From: Flavobacteriales bacterium
GTDB lineage: Bacteria; Bacteroidota; Bacteroidia; M30B66
Assembly: GCA_035388945.1 (NCBI GenBank)
Contig: DAOOQW010000001.1
Span: forward strand, 14,547 to 52,883
Length of the DNA stretch: 38,337 nucleotides
Direction of reading: 5' to 3'
Positions 36,512 through 38,337 of the stretch are shown here, in pieces. The notes below the pieces were generated by a model, which saw only the letters and a list, made by a program, of their open reading frames with translations, did not search any database and had not been told where the DNA came from. The position numbers were made by a program, and so were the translations under genes. Every line of letters starts with the position of its first letter. Positions within the stretch are counted from its first letter, which is position 1.

Positions 36512-36519
36512 CAAAAGTA
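36512..36519 (-). promoter_or_regulatory. -7 promoter box TACTTTTG for the deoC operon
   Basis: The reverse complement of caaaagta is a perfect TAnnTTTG, 14 nt upstream of ATG 36497, in the 33-nt vanZ-deoC spacer. Confidence 0.45.
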
Positions 36520-36530
36520 GGAAATTTGAA

Positions 36531-36887
36531 TCAACGTAACTTACGTGGTAATAATGGCAAACAAATCCAAGCTAACAAACACCCTAAAGTATTTGCAGCA
36601 AAGTCGCCAAAATCGGCTGTTCTATCGGTATAAAATGCCCATTGAAGAAATTCAATTAAGCCACCATACATCACCACAAAAACGGTAACCCAAAGACTTG
36701 AAATTCCTGAATTTGTTCCAAAGCGTTGCCAGCGTAAATACAAGAGATTCAATAATCCAAACACACCTAAATGGGCGAATTTGTCAAAATTGATCACATG
36801 TATTTCCGGCAAGTCTTTACCGGGCAATAAGGTTAGCGTACTAACAACGATTGTCCAGATTATGGCAGGCAGAATATATCTGCGCAT
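36531..36887 (-). CDS. VanZ-family membrane protein
   Basis: 118 aa with four TM helices. It has the VanZ-like residues FDKFAHLGVFGLL and GGLIEFLQ...DFGDFAANTLG. Confidence 0.8.
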   Translation of the reverse strand: MRRYILPAIIWTIVVSTLTLLPGKDLPEIHVINFDKFAHLGVFGLLNLLYLRWQRFGTNSGISSLWVTVFVVMYGGLIEFLQWAFYTDRTADFGDFAANTLGCLLAWICLPLLPRKLR

Positions 36888-36891
36888 GGAA

Positions 36892-37272
36892 TTAATGTCC
36901 GATCAATGCCTTGTAATCGGCAGCTGAAAGAAGTCCGCTAGTATCACCAGGAGAGCTCATTTTCACTTTGATCATCCAGCCATCACCATAAGGATCGCTG
37001 TTTACCGTTTCTGGTGAACCATCCAAGATGTTGTTAAACTCAATGATTTCGCCAGCAACTGGCATATATAAATCGGATACAGTTTTAACCGCTTCTACTG
37101 AACCAAAAACTTGTTCTGCTTCAATTGTTTCACCAACTGTATCAACTTCTACGAAAACGATATCACCTAATTCGCTTTGAGCAAATTCTGTAATGCCGAT
37201 TATAGCAGTGTCACCTTCGATGCGAACCCATTCGTGATCTTTAGTATAAAGAAGATTATCAGGAAAATTCAT
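36892..37272 (-). CDS. gcvH: Glycine cleavage system H protein
   Basis: The sequence from ATG 37272 is [20 protein letters not shown]..., with the lipoyl-Lys motif [10 protein letters not shown]. The track start at 37293 is a TTG lying inside the -7 box. Confidence 0.9.
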   Translation of the reverse strand: MNFPDNLLYTKDHEWVRIEGDTAIIGITEFAQSELGDIVFVEVDTVGETIEAEQVFGSVEAVKTVSDLYMPVAGEIIEFNNILDGSPETVNSDPYGDGWMIKVKMSSPGDTSGLLSAADYKALIGH

Positions 37273-37290
37273 GCGTGTTGATTTTGTTTC

Positions 37291-37298
37291 CAAACCTA
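37291..37298 (-). promoter_or_regulatory. -7 promoter box TAGGTTTG with a -33 TTG 20 nt upstream, for gcvH
   Basis: The reverse complement of caaaccta is a perfect TAnnTTTG, 18 nt upstream of ATG 37272. A TTG lies at -33 spacing. Confidence 0.5.
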
Positions 37299-37347
37299 CG
37301 TGTTTTGTTCACATACAGCAAGGAAACCGAGTAAATAAAATAAGAGA

Positions 37348-38337
37348 TTATTGATTTAAAGTAAAGCGCAAACTCAGACCAAAACTGGTGTTTGAATTTG
37401 GAAACTGATTCGAAATGAATGGCTTATTTGAAGTACGATCGAAGAATAAGCGAATTGTAAACTTCGAATTCACCACGTAATCGGCTGTAGTTTTAATCGT
37501 GAAATTCTGCTGCCCGGCTGATAGAATTGGATCAAACAAGGTTTCACCTTCAATTGGAATTTTACGTACCACTGTTTTATTTGTACGAATAGTCACATCG
37601 CAACGTACATTCAAATCGCTCTTAATCTTCTTCGTAGATCCAACCACTTTAAATGGTAACTCTACATTATTGAAGATATAACCCGAACCAATCGTAATTT
37701 CCTTACCGTTTACCTCTGTGATCTGAGAGTTTTGTAAGCTCAGTGATAAATCGCGTGTCTTACGCATCTCAAACTTGGTAATCAAGCTATTTTTCCAAGT
37801 CATATCCACATTCACCATCGGTCCAAATTGTTCCGATAAAGAAGCCATCAGAATGTTGAGTTGAGGAATGATGTTCCCTGTTTGATCGGTTGAATTGGGA
37901 TCTTGTATTGCGAGCAAATTAGTCGTAAACGAACCGATATTGAATGTTGATCGGTAAGCATGACTCAGGGAAATTGTCTTGAAATATTTCTTGAAGAACT
38001 CAAGTTTAGTCAAACCATCATATGTGATTCGCCAGTTTGGTTTCGGAATATTCGGGAAGAGAGAAAGATCTTGACGGGTTGGATCATTACCCATGTATGT
38101 CGACATAAACGAATACAACAATACATCCTGTTGCGTACTACCAAAACCTGTCGGATAATTGGTTGTTGGATCTATACCATTGGTTGTTAATCTACTTGCT
38201 ACTGCTTTACGATTATCTAAGAAGCGCTGGAAATTACTCGATCCGTGAAGCTTATTATCCAATTTTTCAAATGCAGTTCCCCAAGTATTTGTCGACATAC
38301 TGAATGTTCCAGTTTTGAGTGTACTCAATTCTTGGAA
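37348..38337 (-). CDS. sprA: C-terminal ~329 aa of the cell-surface protein SprA (T9SS translocon, Sov homolog); the 5' end is outside the window
   Basis: The frame is open to the window edge (FQELSTLKTG...). It is beta-rich sequence ending ...TSFGLSLRFTLNQ. The sprA-gcvH-vanZ synteny is typical of Bacteroidota. The assignment is from memory of the family, not a search. Confidence 0.6.
   Translation of the reverse strand, partial: FQELSTLKTGTFSMSTNTWGTAFEKLDNKLHGSSNFQRFLDNRKAVASRLTTNGIDPTTNYPTGFGSTQQDVLLYSFMSTYMGNDPTRQDLSLFPNIPKPNWRITYDGLTKLEFFKKYFKTISLSHAYRSTFNIGSFTTNLLAIQDPNSTDQTGNIIPQLNILMASLSEQFGPMVNVDMTWKNSLITKFEMRKTRDLSLSLQNSQITEVNGKEITIGSGYIFNNVELPFKVVGSTKKIKSDLNVRCDVTIRTNKTVVRKIPIEGETLFDPILSAGQQNFTIKTTADYVVNSKFTIRLFFDRTSNKPFISNQFPNSNTSFGLSLRFTLNQ

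Noticed and set aside
1-38337. tRNA or rRNA genes, CRISPR arrays, IS elements, integrases, phage genes, toxin-antitoxin pairs and known defence-system genes.
   Set aside because: All non-coding spacers are 105 nt or less and none shows tRNA-like conserved arms. There are no direct-repeat/spacer arrays and no transposase, recombinase or nuclease/NTPase defence signatures in any ORF.

Overview
This is a densely coding chromosomal window (about 95% coding, spacers of 110 nt or less) from a Bacteroidota genome. Hand-sampled lines give roughly 40-45% G+C. The phylum call rests on three things: a SprA (T9SS translocon) C-terminus followed by gcvH and vanZ, a Bacteroidota-style cytochrome oxidase accessory operon, and eight perfect TAnnTTTG '-7' promoter boxes placed just upstream of start codons. 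I call 37 protein-coding features (two run off the window edges, one is frameshifted), one clear rho-independent terminator, eight promoter boxes and one short-period repeat. I see no tRNA, rRNA, CRISPR array, transposase, integrase or phage genes. Gene content from left to right: spoT (partial), ppk1, sixA-like, dacB; aroC, an AsmA-family gene and a TPR/PD40/OmpA gene; a WD40 gene and an AT-rich orphan secreted protein; htpG and an OM barrel; a cyoE-coxIII-coxIII-coxIV-sco-DUF420-CxxC mini-protein operon; a small surface-polysaccharide locus (epimerase, WecA-like, Wzi-like, with a divergent GT-C-like membrane protein); a membrane metallophosphoesterase, rhomboid, ABC-F and RDD genes; a lipoprotein, ECF sigma, tail-anchored mini-protein and OmpA-like module; a deoC, ALDH (frameshifted), catalytic-domain-less ALDH paralog operon; then vanZ, gcvH and sprA (partial). 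Several ORF-track starts are TTG-extended, and I trimmed them to the first ATG where a promoter box lies inside the extension. No recognisable defence island or mobile element is present. The best candidates for undescribed biology are (i) the deoC operon with an ALDH-fold pseudoenzyme, (ii) the lipoprotein/ECF sigma/mini anti-sigma/OmpA envelope module, (iii) the ~28% G+C orphan secreted protein and (iv) the periplasmic CxxC mini-protein ending the oxidase-assembly operon. All four are hypotheses from sequence inspection only; no database search was possible.
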